Made by a program: the position numbers and the translations under genes. From positions 222,394 through 286,393 of the IMG/VR virus record IMGVR_UViG_3300045974_000132: a DNA stretch of 64,000 nucleotides; one strand, given 5' to 3'. Under the pieces are notes generated by a model that was not told the DNA's origin, did no database searches, and saw only the letters and a list, made by a program, of their open reading frames with translations. Position 1 is the stretch's first letter; every line of letters begins with the position of its first letter. This document shows positions 47,159 to 56,450 of this stretch, piece after piece.

Positions 47159-47932
47159 ATGGCCGTTACACGCCGTGTTAAAGCTGTTACTCAAAAGAGT
47201 ACCAAGCCGAAGAAAAAAGATATGTCTGCTCCCGCAGTGAAGGCCCGCAAGGCTGCTGCTAAGGTCCGTAAGAACCCGGCCGTCAAGGCTAAGGTTGCTA
47301 AGGCCCGCAAGGTTCGTGAAGCTCACAAGACCACCAAGGAAAAGCAATTTGACAAAGAGCGCGCCGCTGCTCTGCGTGCAAAGCGCGAAGGTAAGAACCC
47401 GGCTGAAGCCGTAAAGAAGGTTCGTGCCAAGAAGGCTGCTCCGGCCGCTGCTAAGTCCACTCGTGCTGCTAAGGCTGCTACGAAGGCTAAGACTCTGACG
47501 GAAAAGAAGGTTTCGACCCGTAAGCCGCGTACTACTAAGGCCAAGGTTGCTGCTAAGAAGGTCTCGACTCGCAAACCCCGCGCTTCCAAGGCTGTGAAGC
47601 CAGCAGCCAAGAAGGTCAGCACCCGTAAGCCGCGTACCGCTAAGGTCGCTGCCAAGAAGGTCTCGACTCGCAAGCCCCGTGCCACTAAGGTTGCTGCTAA
47701 GCCGGCCGCCAAGAAGGTTTCGACCCGTAAGCCGCGTACTGCCAAGGTTGCAGCCAAGAAGGTTTCGACCCGTAAGCCGCGTACTACTAAGGCCAAGGTT
47801 GCTGCCCCGAAGAAGGTTTCTACGCGTAAGCCGCGTACTTCTAAGCCGGCCGCTCCGAAGAAGGTTTCGACCCGTAAGCCGCGTACCGCTAAGCCGGCCG
47901 CTGCTAAGGTTCGTCGCCCCCGCGCTAAGTAA
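47159..47932 (+). CDS. histone H1-like Lys/Ala/Arg-rich DNA-binding protein
   Basis: Eight KKVSTRKPR repeats, almost no acidic residues in the C-terminal half, AAGGAG RBS. Confidence 0.85.
   Translation: MAVTRRVKAVTQKSTKPKKKDMSAPAVKARKAAAKVRKNPAVKAKVAKARKVREAHKTTKEKQFDKERAAALRAKREGKNPAEAVKKVRAKKAAPAAAKSTRAAKAATKAKTLTEKKVSTRKPRTTKAKVAAKKVSTRKPRASKAVKPAAKKVSTRKPRTAKVAAKKVSTRKPRATKVAAKPAAKKVSTRKPRTAKVAAKKVSTRKPRTTKAKVAAPKKVSTRKPRTSKPAAPKKVSTRKPRTAKPAAAKVRRPRAK
47504..47884 (+). repeat. coding tandem repeat (8 x AAGAAGGTxxxxACxCGxAAxCCxCGx)
   Basis: Units of 45-57 bp with synonymous variation. Confidence 0.9.
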
Positions 47933-47956
47933 TCTAACGGTTACTTGTTGTGCTAC

Positions 47957-47989
47957 GAAAACCCTCCGTAATTGGAGGGTTTTCCATTT
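47957..47989 (+). terminator. intrinsic terminator
   Basis: GAAAACCCTCC-6 nt-GGAGGGTTTTC. Confidence 0.85.
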
Positions 47990-48038
47990 GTGCTTTAGAT
48001 ATGCAAAACCCTTGAAGTGTAGTTTTACTACCTAAAAT

Positions 48039-48046
48039 CTAATTTA
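48039..48046 (+). promoter_or_regulatory. CTAATTTA putative late promoter
   Basis: Recurring motif 34 bp upstream of the start. Confidence 0.6.
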
Positions 48047-48079
48047 AAGTCATGTTGATACATTTAAGGTGCCCGGAAA

Positions 48080-49252
48080 ATGGCTTCTAAGAGACTGGAA
48101 AAGATTAAGAAAGCCCGCAGCCTTAATGACATTATGGATGTCGTTAATGATATTGCCTTTGAGTTTAAGAACAGTCAAGCGGTTGTTGAGCGCCTTTTAG
48201 GCAGCCTTTCCGCTGAGATTTCCTTTGATGCTCGTGGAAAACGTCCTCGGGCTAAGGTACAAGATGTTAAGTTTGTTGCCCCTAAGGCGTCCGACCTGCA
48301 GAAGCATATTACCGTTATTGACAAGCTGTACGCAAATGTCCTGGAATTGGACTCTGCTGAAGCAATGGTTAAACAAGCCTTTGTCGGTAACAAGAAACAG
48401 CCTGCTGCTTTAAAAGCTATTGCCGAATTGAAGGCAAGCATTGATCCCATTATCAATGACGCTTTTGATGCCCTACAGGAGATTGCTAATAAGCATCTCC
48501 CAGCAGGTATGTCAAAGTTTGTAGATGATCTGACTTCCTATATCATCGACCGTTTAGATGCTAAGTCTTATAAGGATGTATTCCGTCAGGTATATGTTAC
48601 GTATGATCCTGAGGATAAAGACTTACTACACTTCTCTGAATATATCGGTATCGAAAACCTGAAGACTTCTTCTGGCTTTACTTTCGATCAGTATTACATT
48701 GTTGTTACAGGCGTTATTGACAAATCCGGTAATCTTACTTACTATGTCAATAGCTTCCCTGACTTCAAAGTACCGGGTAAGTACCCAGTCGGTAAAGAAA
48801 CACCTACGATTGATGCAGCTAAGAAGCGCGTAGACCTTCTTCTTTCGCACAATGAGTTTATCGTTATCGGTGATAAGCTTCCGATGCCCGTTACGGATGA
48901 ACGTGCTAAGACTAGTGGTCTTTCGACCATCAAGGGTGTTAAGAAGGCCTCTGTAGTAGATGACGAATTAATCATTAACTGGGATCGCGCTGTTATCAAG
49001 ACTGACGCGGCCAAGCAGAAGATGATTATTGATATTATGGCACGCTTGAATGCAATTGTTAATAGCCGGGCTTCACGTAAAATCTTTACGTACAAGTTGG
49101 ACAATGTAGCCCGTACATTAACATTCATCCTAGTACCTAATGTTGATAAGTCTACCAAGCATTTCAATCTTGAGAAGCTAGATGATGCAGCTACCATCCT
49201 AGACTTGGATGAAAAGCAGAAGAAGGCTCTGCGCTTCGCTCTACAGAACTAA
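48080..49252 (+). CDS. probable virion protein
   Basis: Late block. LGSLSAE motif near residue 42-46. Confidence 0.6.
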   Translation: MASKRLEKIKKARSLNDIMDVVNDIAFEFKNSQAVVERLLGSLSAEISFDARGKRPRAKVQDVKFVAPKASDLQKHITVIDKLYANVLELDSAEAMVKQAFVGNKKQPAALKAIAELKASIDPIINDAFDALQEIANKHLPAGMSKFVDDLTSYIIDRLDAKSYKDVFRQVYVTYDPEDKDLLHFSEYIGIENLKTSSGFTFDQYYIVVTGVIDKSGNLTYYVNSFPDFKVPGKYPVGKETPTIDAAKKRVDLLLSHNEFIVIGDKLPMPVTDERAKTSGLSTIKGVKKASVVDDELIINWDRAVIKTDAAKQKMIIDIMARLNAIVNSRASRKIFTYKLDNVARTLTFILVPNVDKSTKHFNLEKLDDAATILDLDEKQKKALRFALQN

Positions 49253-49261
49253 GGAACGATC

Positions 49262-49522
49262 ATGGAGATAATTATTTCTCTATCTAATACTCCTGAGAAT
49301 GAAGCATACCGCCGTCAGCATATGCCCGTACCGGGTAAAGAGTATAACTTATCTTTGCTAAAAGGCAGCGGTAAGGGCTACTGGGCAGACATGGGCCGAG
49401 TTCATATCGGGTCTATCATAAACGGCATACTCAACTTTATGCGTGTAGGTGCAGACGACGATGAACGGGTGCAACATATCCGTGCTGAGACTATTCCTAC
49501 ACAAGCTCTATTCTCAAGTTAA
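49262..49522 (+). CDS. small protein with SxS leader
   Basis: MEIIISLSN. Confidence 0.7.
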   Translation: MEIIISLSNTPENEAYRRQHMPVPGKEYNLSLLKGSGKGYWADMGRVHIGSIINGILNFMRVGADDDERVQHIRAETIPTQALFSS

Positions 49523-49525
49523 CTT

Positions 49526-50518
49526 ATGAAACATAGACAAACTCCGTACAACTTCAAACTAGAGGTGCTTCCCTTATCGGGCGGCACCTTTTCGGCGCTT
49601 GTACGGAGTCAATATGTTGATGTTGGTACCCTATTTGATACCTACATAGCTCCTGCTTTGTACAGTACCCCGAAGGTATTCTCCGCCCGTGAGCCTTTTA
49701 CTTTGGTAAATGTTACATGTACTCATGCCGGAGTATCTTTTGGATACTTAGAAACGCCTCCTAAAGAAGCGCAACCTTTGGCCTGTACTTGGTTGTTCAC
49801 CTTTGCAATCTCTGATGAACAATATACGCATTTGTCTAAGGTAGGTTATACGTCGCTTCGTTGGATTAACACTCGCGTATGGGGACAGAAGTCTTCTAAG
49901 TTTATCACTATCGGTATTCCTCACACCCAGTCTCAATACCTGGGCCTGAAGTACGATAGCTTGACACCGCGAATTGTTTACTTCCTAATAGGGTGCATTT
50001 CTAAGTCTTTTGTCAGACAGCACAAATACTGGAATCCAAATATCACAGACTATGAAGGTAGTTACAAAGCCTTCAATCTGCCGATGGTGCATAGCGGTTT
50101 CTATATGCAGCCTATGTACAATTTCATGTCACGCACCCCATATCATCTATGGGTATTTAATCGCCACATCTGGTTGTCTGCCCCTAATATGCTCTCCGCA
50201 AAACACATAACTCCTACGACTATGCTGTACATCCTAATGTACATACGCGTAGATAACGGTATGCTAACTAAGGTAGTCGAAGACAAGGTTTTAGACTACC
50301 TAGAGAATAGTTTGTTATCTACCCTTCAGCGTACTCAGCAGGAGATTGCTCCTAGCGGTTTTGAAGACTGCTTATACACGGCTCTTATGTACAGGGATGA
50401 GATTCCAGAGAACCATACTCTTGAGTGGCTGACCGCAAAAGAAAAGTCAGTTATGGAATTTGGATTAGACAACGTTACTGACTACCGTGATTATGTGCGT
50501 ACTCAGTTCTACGCATAA
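49526..50518 (+). CDS. hypothetical protein
   Basis: 330 aa ORF. Confidence 0.75.
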   Translation: MKHRQTPYNFKLEVLPLSGGTFSALVRSQYVDVGTLFDTYIAPALYSTPKVFSAREPFTLVNVTCTHAGVSFGYLETPPKEAQPLACTWLFTFAISDEQYTHLSKVGYTSLRWINTRVWGQKSSKFITIGIPHTQSQYLGLKYDSLTPRIVYFLIGCISKSFVRQHKYWNPNITDYEGSYKAFNLPMVHSGFYMQPMYNFMSRTPYHLWVFNRHIWLSAPNMLSAKHITPTTMLYILMYIRVDNGMLTKVVEDKVLDYLENSLLSTLQRTQQEIAPSGFEDCLYTALMYRDEIPENHTLEWLTAKEKSVMEFGLDNVTDYRDYVRTQFYA

Positions 50519-50529
50519 GGAGCTTCATT

Positions 50530-51657
50530 ATGTTACGAGCAGTTGATGGGTCGGTTGCTACTGCACTGATGACCTTCTTAGATGAAGATGATACGACGAT
50601 CATTCCTGCTCCTGGGTATCCCAGAGTAGCTCTGCTGGATAAAGACAAGACGGTTATTGCTCAATACAATGCAAGTCCTACTGCAAACCCTGGTGAATGG
50701 GAAGCAGCGGTTAGCTTGCCTAACTTAGGTGTTGAGCGTACAGACGAATACCGTCTTCGCTGGCGTATGAGGGCTGCAAACGGCGAGAAGTATCAGAACT
50801 TCGATACGATGTTGATTGATCCTCGTGTCGATCGGCGTGACAGTGAAATAGTAGTGTTGGACGGTGATGATACTGTCGAGCTTGCACTTCCCTTTGCGTA
50901 TTTCGCAAGCAACACACCTAGCAAGTTTCAAGTGTATTCCGGTAACAATGAAGTGCTATCAGGTGCAGTAAGCTTTGAAGATCCTTCTGTTACAAAGACA
51001 GTAGGTGCTGAGAAAACACTAGTTAGCTTTCCGGCAATCATGCTTATGCCTTCTTTGAAAGCAAACCTTTTAATTGTAAAGAGTAAGATCAACGGTCGTC
51101 CTCGTACTTACAGTTATCGCTACTGGTGTATAACTCCGCAGATCGCGTTGGCAGCAACAATGATCGAAGACTTCCTGAATAAGTCTCGTATCCAGAATGT
51201 TATTCCTGAATTGGAATACACTGCAGGTGATATACTCGGCTATCTTGAACGAGGCTTATACCTGTTCAACATGACTGCCGCGACAACAACATTCACAGGT
51301 ACCAACATGCAAGGTATGCTGTTGGATGCGTGGATTACTTGTGCGTCTTACTATGCTCTTGCAACCCAATTGATTGCAGAAGGTAGTTTAGCTTTCGACT
51401 TCAGCGGTCAGGGCATTAGCTTGAACGTTGATCGTACTCCCCAGCTTGATGCAGCTTTAGGACGTATTGAAGCACGTATTCAAGATACTGTAGTCCCATT
51501 GAAGAAGCAGATTACGCAACAAGGCTTCTTTGGCGGTGACGGTAGCCAAGGTGGTACAGCTATGCGTAATCCTTACGCTACAGGTATTCTTTCACTTACG
51601 AATTCCCCAACTACCCGGGTCAATGGATTTAGCAACTTTGTTGGTCGGAGGTTCTGA
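50530..51657 (+). CDS. probable virion neck/adaptor protein (beta-rich N-terminus, helical C-terminus)
   Basis: AAGGAG RBS. FDFSGQGISLNVDRT segment. Confidence 0.5.
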   Translation: MLRAVDGSVATALMTFLDEDDTTIIPAPGYPRVALLDKDKTVIAQYNASPTANPGEWEAAVSLPNLGVERTDEYRLRWRMRAANGEKYQNFDTMLIDPRVDRRDSEIVVLDGDDTVELALPFAYFASNTPSKFQVYSGNNEVLSGAVSFEDPSVTKTVGAEKTLVSFPAIMLMPSLKANLLIVKSKINGRPRTYSYRYWCITPQIALAATMIEDFLNKSRIQNVIPELEYTAGDILGYLERGLYLFNMTAATTTFTGTNMQGMLLDAWITCASYYALATQLIAEGSLAFDFSGQGISLNVDRTPQLDAALGRIEARIQDTVVPLKKQITQQGFFGGDGSQGGTAMRNPYATGILSLTNSPTTRVNGFSNFVGRRF

Positions 51658-51981
51658 TGGAACTATCTATTTCTTTTGGCAATCCTCTACCTTCTCAGTT
51701 TGCGTTGGGTGAGACTGTAGCTGTAGAGCTTCAGAAACTTCAATTAGAAGCTCAAGTTATCGCTGTTGCTTTTGTAGAAGGTAAAGTCCTATACACTGTT
51801 GCCATATATACAGGCTTCACTGAACTAGAGCTTGCTTCGCAGTACGGTTTAACAAATTCAGTAGGCTGGGATGAAAACGGTAGAGAGTTTGTGCGACTGC
51901 AAAACATTGACAGTATCTTCATAAAGCCCTTCAATCCTTTACCAACTTTATTGGTCGGAGGCTCAGATGGAACTGTTTATT
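51620..51981 (+). repeat. imperfect direct repeat of about 50 bp (51620-51671 and 51931-51981) flanking one gene
   Basis: TTTAGCAACTTTGTTGGTCGGAGGTTCTGATGGAACTATCTATT versus TTTACCAACTTTATTGGTCGGAGGCTCAGATGGAACTGTTTATT. Confidence 0.9.
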
Positions 51982-51983
51982 AG
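51657..51983 (+). CDS. hypothetical protein (SH3-like), inserted between the repeats
   Basis: MELSISFG..FALGETV..GKVLYTV..NIDSIFI. Confidence 0.75.
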   Translation: MELSISFGNPLPSQFALGETVAVELQKLQLEAQVIAVAFVEGKVLYTVAIYTGFTELELASQYGLTNSVGWDENGREFVRLQNIDSIFIKPFNPLPTLLVGGSDGTVY

Positions 51984-52233
51984 CGTGTCCGCCCCGGCTA
52001 ACTATGCTGCTTGGCGTAAGCTAATAGAGTTACGCACTAAAGGATCTAGTAGATTTATATGGGCTGACCTAATGGCTGATATAACTGCTCATAACTGTGC
52101 ACCTCGAAACTGGGATCAAGTGCGTAGGGTTGTTAAATAGTTTATCGACAAAGGTAGCTTAGTAGTAATTCATACTAAATCTCATGGACAAGTGTATGTA
52201 ACTCCTAAGTATCTTGAGGAGAATCCTGAATGA
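51967..52233 (+). pseudogene. SxS-leader gene interrupted by an in-frame TAG
   Basis: MELFISVSA..RRVVK-TAG(52138-40)-FIDKGSL..EENPE-TGA. The TGA overlaps the next ATG. Confidence 0.7.
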
Positions 52234-52619
52234 AAGTTGTTATCTGCATGGGTGTACCTACACCTTTAAGTTTAGCTGAAATGTTATTTGACAACTTTTA
52301 TAACAGGACTGATAAAGTAAAAGCTCAGTCTAAATACACCTCTAAGATAGAAGCAATCCTAAAGCCTCTGTTTGTTGAAGCAGCCCGCATAGGTGCAGCA
52401 TTAGCTGAAAGCAATGTAAAAGAGGTTCCGAAGATCGACATACTACGCGGTCTTCCTTCTTTTTCTAAAGGTATATACAAGTTTTTACAAACAGGTTCGC
52501 ATGTTTCAGATCCTAATGACTCACGTTGTCAAAAGGGTATTAGGTACGTACATGTTGAACTCAATCAAGCTTTATCAGAAGTGGCTCAACACGAAATAAA
52601 TTCACATAAGAGGAAATAA
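52230..52619 (+). CDS. hypothetical protein
   Basis: GAGGAG RBS. Confidence 0.75.
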   Translation: MKVVICMGVPTPLSLAEMLFDNFYNRTDKVKAQSKYTSKIEAILKPLFVEAARIGAALAESNVKEVPKIDILRGLPSFSKGIYKFLQTGSHVSDPNDSRCQKGIRYVHVELNQALSEVAQHEINSHKRK

Positions 52620-52623
52620 TCAA

Positions 52624-54087
52624 ATGCCTGTCAATGCTGAATCTGTTGTTAAACTTAAACAACTTATTAAAAATAATCCCGACAATGAATCGCATTATGT
52701 AGACCTAGGCCTTGAGTATTACCAATCAGGTGATAAGGAAACCGCTAAGTTTTCTTGGAAGGAAGGTATCATATACGCAACCTGTTGTGATACTCTTCGT
52801 AGCAACCTTGCTGTTATTATGATCGAGGAGCGTGATTATGTTCGTGCTTCTCAATTACTCTCCCGTGTTGTTATCCCTTCTGCAACAACCTTCAACTCTT
52901 GGGGCATGGTCAAACATGCAGACTTAGACTATGAAGGAGCTATTGATTACTTCAAGAAATCGGTCACTCTAAATCCTAAGTTTAGTACCGCTTACAGCAA
53001 CTTGGGTTTGATGTATCAAGAACTGAATAACTTCCAACAAGCTCAGGCTTACTACTTGTTTGCCTTAGAAGCTGATCCCACTAAGTTGGAAGTCTATTAC
53101 AAGCTAAGTGAACTGTACTTGATGAACGGTGATTACTATAAAGGCTTTGAACTTTATGAGTACCGTTTTCAAGGAGCAGGAGGTGTCCAGTTAAAAGCTA
53201 CATTGGACACTCTAAGCAAGATTAAAGTACCTCGTTGGGGCGGTCAAGCTACAGATCGCTTGTTGTTGATTGCCGAACAAGGCTTCGGTGATAGCTTGAT
53301 GATGCTGCGGTATATAAACCGTATTCGTGACGAAGGACGTGTAGGTAATATCACAATCCATTGTCCGCCTGCTCTTAATCGCATTTTCACTTCTCAAGGT
53401 GTTGATGTTATTAACGACCTTTCGAGTGTTCATGAGAACTGCGATTACACGCATTACTTTCTGACAATGAGTCTTCCTTATCTGTTCAAGGAAGTTCTTG
53501 ATACCGTCAGTGGCAAACGTTACTTGGATATTTCAAGTACGTTGGTGCGATCTGGTAACAACGGCAAGCCCTCTATCGGTATCTGCTGGGCAGGTAGTAA
53601 TACAAACATCAAAGATGCAACACGTAGTCTACCGTTTGAAGTCTTACAACCTTTGTTCTTTGTTGATGAAATTCAACTAGTTTCTTTGCAAAAAGGACTG
53701 AACGTAGAAGGTATCAATAACGATATAAATATATGCGGTGACTTCTATGATACCGCTGCGTTGGTGAATAGTTGTCAGCATATTGTATCAGCAGATACTG
53801 CGGTCATCCACTTAGCCGGTTCTTTAGGTAAGCATGCTTTCTTACTCAATCGTGCAACTAGTGAATGGCGCTGGGGTGTAGAAGGTAGTAAGTCTGTATG
53901 GTATGACAGTGTTGAGATACTACGCCAGAAAAAGCTGTATGACTGGCAACCTGTTATATTGGAGTTGCTGGTTCGATTGAATGCGTTGTACAAATTCGGT
54001 CCATCTACTATTGCTAAGTTGGAGCATTATTACTTATCAAGGAATGATGTAGATAGTGCATTGGTCGTCAAATCACTTAAAGGGTAG
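52624..54087 (+). CDS. TPR-repeat protein with C-terminal GT-B (GT9-like) glycosyltransferase domain
   Basis: TPRs (AYSNLGLMY), EQGFGD, IGICWAG, DFYDTAAL, SADTAVIHLAGSLG, WRW and WY..LRQ..DW. Confidence 0.88.
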   Translation: MPVNAESVVKLKQLIKNNPDNESHYVDLGLEYYQSGDKETAKFSWKEGIIYATCCDTLRSNLAVIMIEERDYVRASQLLSRVVIPSATTFNSWGMVKHADLDYEGAIDYFKKSVTLNPKFSTAYSNLGLMYQELNNFQQAQAYYLFALEADPTKLEVYYKLSELYLMNGDYYKGFELYEYRFQGAGGVQLKATLDTLSKIKVPRWGGQATDRLLLIAEQGFGDSLMMLRYINRIRDEGRVGNITIHCPPALNRIFTSQGVDVINDLSSVHENCDYTHYFLTMSLPYLFKEVLDTVSGKRYLDISSTLVRSGNNGKPSIGICWAGSNTNIKDATRSLPFEVLQPLFFVDEIQLVSLQKGLNVEGINNDINICGDFYDTAALVNSCQHIVSADTAVIHLAGSLGKHAFLLNRATSEWRWGVEGSKSVWYDSVEILRQKKLYDWQPVILELLVRLNALYKFGPSTIAKLEHYYLSRNDVDSALVVKSLKG

Positions 54088-54170
54088 TATCGTAAAATAA
54101 TTTTCGTAGTACCACTAAGGGCTGAGCCAGGTAAAAATCGCCGAGCGGCCTGAACTTAAGGAGTTTTAAA

Positions 54171-55061
54171 ATGCAATCTAGTCGTCGTATGTCCACTTCT
54201 GTTTCTTCTGTTGCTGCTAACTTAGCTGCTGAGAAGGTTCCTACCATAAACCTTATCGGCTACGCTCTTGCTGGTGACGGTCTTGCGCGTGTCGTCGTTG
54301 ATGTTATGCACACCCGTGCAAGCCGTGAAGATCATGCTCTTGTGGGTCAATCTCTGAGCAAGATTTTCGACAACAAGCTGATGGCTGTTTGTGGCTCCTT
54401 CCAGTCTGTTGACAAAGCTCCGTACTCGGAACGCGTTGAAGGCATCGTTCGTGTCAATACTCAGTCAGTTGCTTTCCAAGAAGGCATGTCGGGCTTCCGT
54501 TCTGTTTCTTCCAACATCTTTATGGATGACGAAGAAAAGATGTGGGTTCTGCGTAAGACTGAAGCTGGTGATCTGTTGGTTAAGGGTACTGGTATCGAAG
54601 ATCACGAATCCCTCAAGGGCTTGCTTGATGTTGTATGCAGCAGCGGTTATAGCCTGTCTAGCGAATACAAGAAGGCAACTGCTAAACTGTCTGCCAAGCA
54701 GAAAGCTGTTGTCGGCGGCCACTTCATTGCTTTCGTTTCCAATTCTAGCGGTGAAGTCAATTTCGGCTTCGTTGTTGCCAGCGATGAAGCTAATGACAAG
54801 CTGATCGTTCTGCCTGTCGGTGCGGAACCTGAGTCTGAAGGTGAAGTTGTTGATAAGGTTGCTGTTGTTGAATCTTTCAACATTGAAGACTTCCCGGAAC
54901 CGGAAATGTCTGAACAAGAACAGATGGACCAAGCTGTTTGTACTGCTCGTGGTGTCGTTAATCTTTCGACTCTGCTGGCTTTCTACAAGAAGGTCTTTGC
55001 TCGTTCGCCAGCTTTCTACGCAGAGTTCGCCAAGCGCGCCCGTGCCCACGCTTTCATGTAA
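54171..55061 (+). CDS. probable abundant virion protein
   Basis: AAGGAG RBS, biased codons, ATAATTTT upstream at 54097 and its own downstream hairpin. Confidence 0.55.
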   Translation: MQSSRRMSTSVSSVAANLAAEKVPTINLIGYALAGDGLARVVVDVMHTRASREDHALVGQSLSKIFDNKLMAVCGSFQSVDKAPYSERVEGIVRVNTQSVAFQEGMSGFRSVSSNIFMDDEEKMWVLRKTEAGDLLVKGTGIEDHESLKGLLDVVCSSGYSLSSEYKKATAKLSAKQKAVVGGHFIAFVSNSSGEVNFGFVVASDEANDKLIVLPVGAEPESEGEVVDKVAVVESFNIEDFPEPEMSEQEQMDQAVCTARGVVNLSTLLAFYKKVFARSPAFYAEFAKRARAHAFM

Positions 55062-55071
55062 TTGACTAACT

Positions 55072-55099
55072 GGTGGGTATTTTTAATTAGATACCCACC
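55072..55099 (+). terminator. stem-loop
   Basis: GGTGGGTAT-10 nt-ATACCCACC. Confidence 0.6.
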
Positions 55100-55128
55100 T
55101 ATTCCCATATAAACTCAAAGGTGTTGAA

Positions 55129-55419
55129 ATGAAACTAACTATTGAAGTTGCACAATCTCTAAGTGCTGAAGCTAAAAAGTCTAAATGGACAAAAGCTCAA
55201 TTGAAAGCAGACCTTAAAATTCTTGATGCTATTGCTAATAAACAAGTCTTTAGAGAGCATCTAAAGACTAATCTTACAGATGCTCGTAGATTTGGTAATT
55301 CTCGTCCAATGACTCATAAAGTTAATATACGAGGAGCGAACGACGAGATTAAAGAATTAAAAGCTAAACTAGTTACAGGTTTGACCCGGGTTAAAATAAT
55401 GAATTTGTTAAAAGATTAA
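55129..55419 (+). CDS. small basic protein with SxS leader
   Basis: MKLTIEVAQSLSAE. Confidence 0.7.
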   Translation: MKLTIEVAQSLSAEAKKSKWTKAQLKADLKILDAIANKQVFREHLKTNLTDARRFGNSRPMTHKVNIRGANDEIKELKAKLVTGLTRVKIMNLLKD

Positions 55420-55431
55420 CAAGGATTAAAA

Positions 55432-56184
55432 ATGTACATCCTCATTTCAACTGCCGGCGACATTGATAAGAAGCTAATATCTGAGGAAGACATTGGCCCT
55501 TATATAGTTCGTAAAGAACTGTGGTCTATGGGTTTTGATAAAACTACACCCGCCACAGAAATGACTTCAGCTTATGCTAAAGACGGCTCGTACATTGGCA
55601 ATGAGGATGTTGCAAAACGTCTTTATGAAAAGTACGGTATTATTCCTCAACGCTCGACTGACAAGCATACGGTTAGCAGTATAGGCAAGAGTGAAACCGA
55701 TGGCAAATGGTATGGTTGGTCACATCGTGCAATTTACGGCTTCCAAGTAGGTGACAAGATTAAAGACGGCGATTGCGGCTTTGATCCTTCAGTAGGCGAA
55801 TACACAATCCAAACAGAACAAGACGCAAAGGTAGCAGCTATGAATTTCGCAGAATCAGTATCCGCAGAAACAACACTTCTTATTAAGTCACGGATCTCTG
55901 TGTCTGATGAAGAACCCGGATACAATGAAAAGCTGTTAATTGCTTTGTTGAAAGCCACCGGCTGTAAGCCTACAAAGATTAAGTACGAAGCAAAAGCCAA
56001 TGTGTATAAGTGCATTAACTGGTCTGCTAAAGTAATGACTAAGATGCAACATATCGGCTGGGAGCCACAACCTGATCTGTCACCTACTTCAACTGGTGAA
56101 TATCACTTCGTTCATTCTGGTGATGAAGCGTGTGTAGTTTCTCCAGAAGGTGGTAAGTTTAGTGTAGAGTTCCCTAAGTTATAA
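55432..56184 (+). CDS. two-domain protein with leader and internal SVS sites
   Basis: MYILISTAG, KWYGWSHRAIYGF domain, ESVSAE and RISVSD, then a domain paralogous to 56714. Confidence 0.75.
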   Translation: MYILISTAGDIDKKLISEEDIGPYIVRKELWSMGFDKTTPATEMTSAYAKDGSYIGNEDVAKRLYEKYGIIPQRSTDKHTVSSIGKSETDGKWYGWSHRAIYGFQVGDKIKDGDCGFDPSVGEYTIQTEQDAKVAAMNFAESVSAETTLLIKSRISVSDEEPGYNEKLLIALLKATGCKPTKIKYEAKANVYKCINWSAKVMTKMQHIGWEPQPDLSPTSTGEYHFVHSGDEACVVSPEGGKFSVEFPKL

Positions 56185-56200
56185 TCAGAGGAGTATTCTG

Positions 56201-56389
56201 ATGAAGATCACGTTTCCTTTGGTTTCCGAATCTAAGAAACCGCACAAGCTTAAAAACCCATTGTTGATTAAGATACACAACCTTGAGCAACAGTTGGACA
56301 AATTACGTGCCCAGCATAAAGCAGAAGAGAAGAAAAAGCTCCAATCTAAGCTTCAGCATGTCACAAAGCCCGTGAAACACAAGGCTTGA
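56201..56389 (+). CDS. small basic protein with SxS leader
   Basis: MKITFPLVSESKK, GAGGAG RBS. Confidence 0.65.
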   Translation: MKITFPLVSESKKPHKLKNPLLIKIHNLEQQLDKLRAQHKAEEKKKLQSKLQHVTKPVKHKA

Positions 56390-56414
56390 CATTCTTGCGT
56401 TTTTGTGATATAAT
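56386..56414 (+). promoter_or_regulatory. consensus sigma70 promoter
   Basis: TTGACA (56386-91), 17 bp spacer, TATAAT (56409-14), extended -10 TG. Confidence 0.9.
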
Positions 56415-56450
56415 CTGCTCACGAAGCAGAATAACACAAGGAGCAAGAAA

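Noticed and set aside
47323-47796. Antisense and alternative-frame ORFs over the basic proteins (also 47679..48035, 54465..55049, 57660..58082)
   Set aside because: These are shadows of biased, repetitive codon usage, with no RBS or recognisable domain.
47504-47884. Possible CRISPR array or non-coding repeat
   Set aside because: Units stay in frame, vary at synonymous positions, and the spacers are themselves similar Ala/Lys codons. It is a coding repeat.
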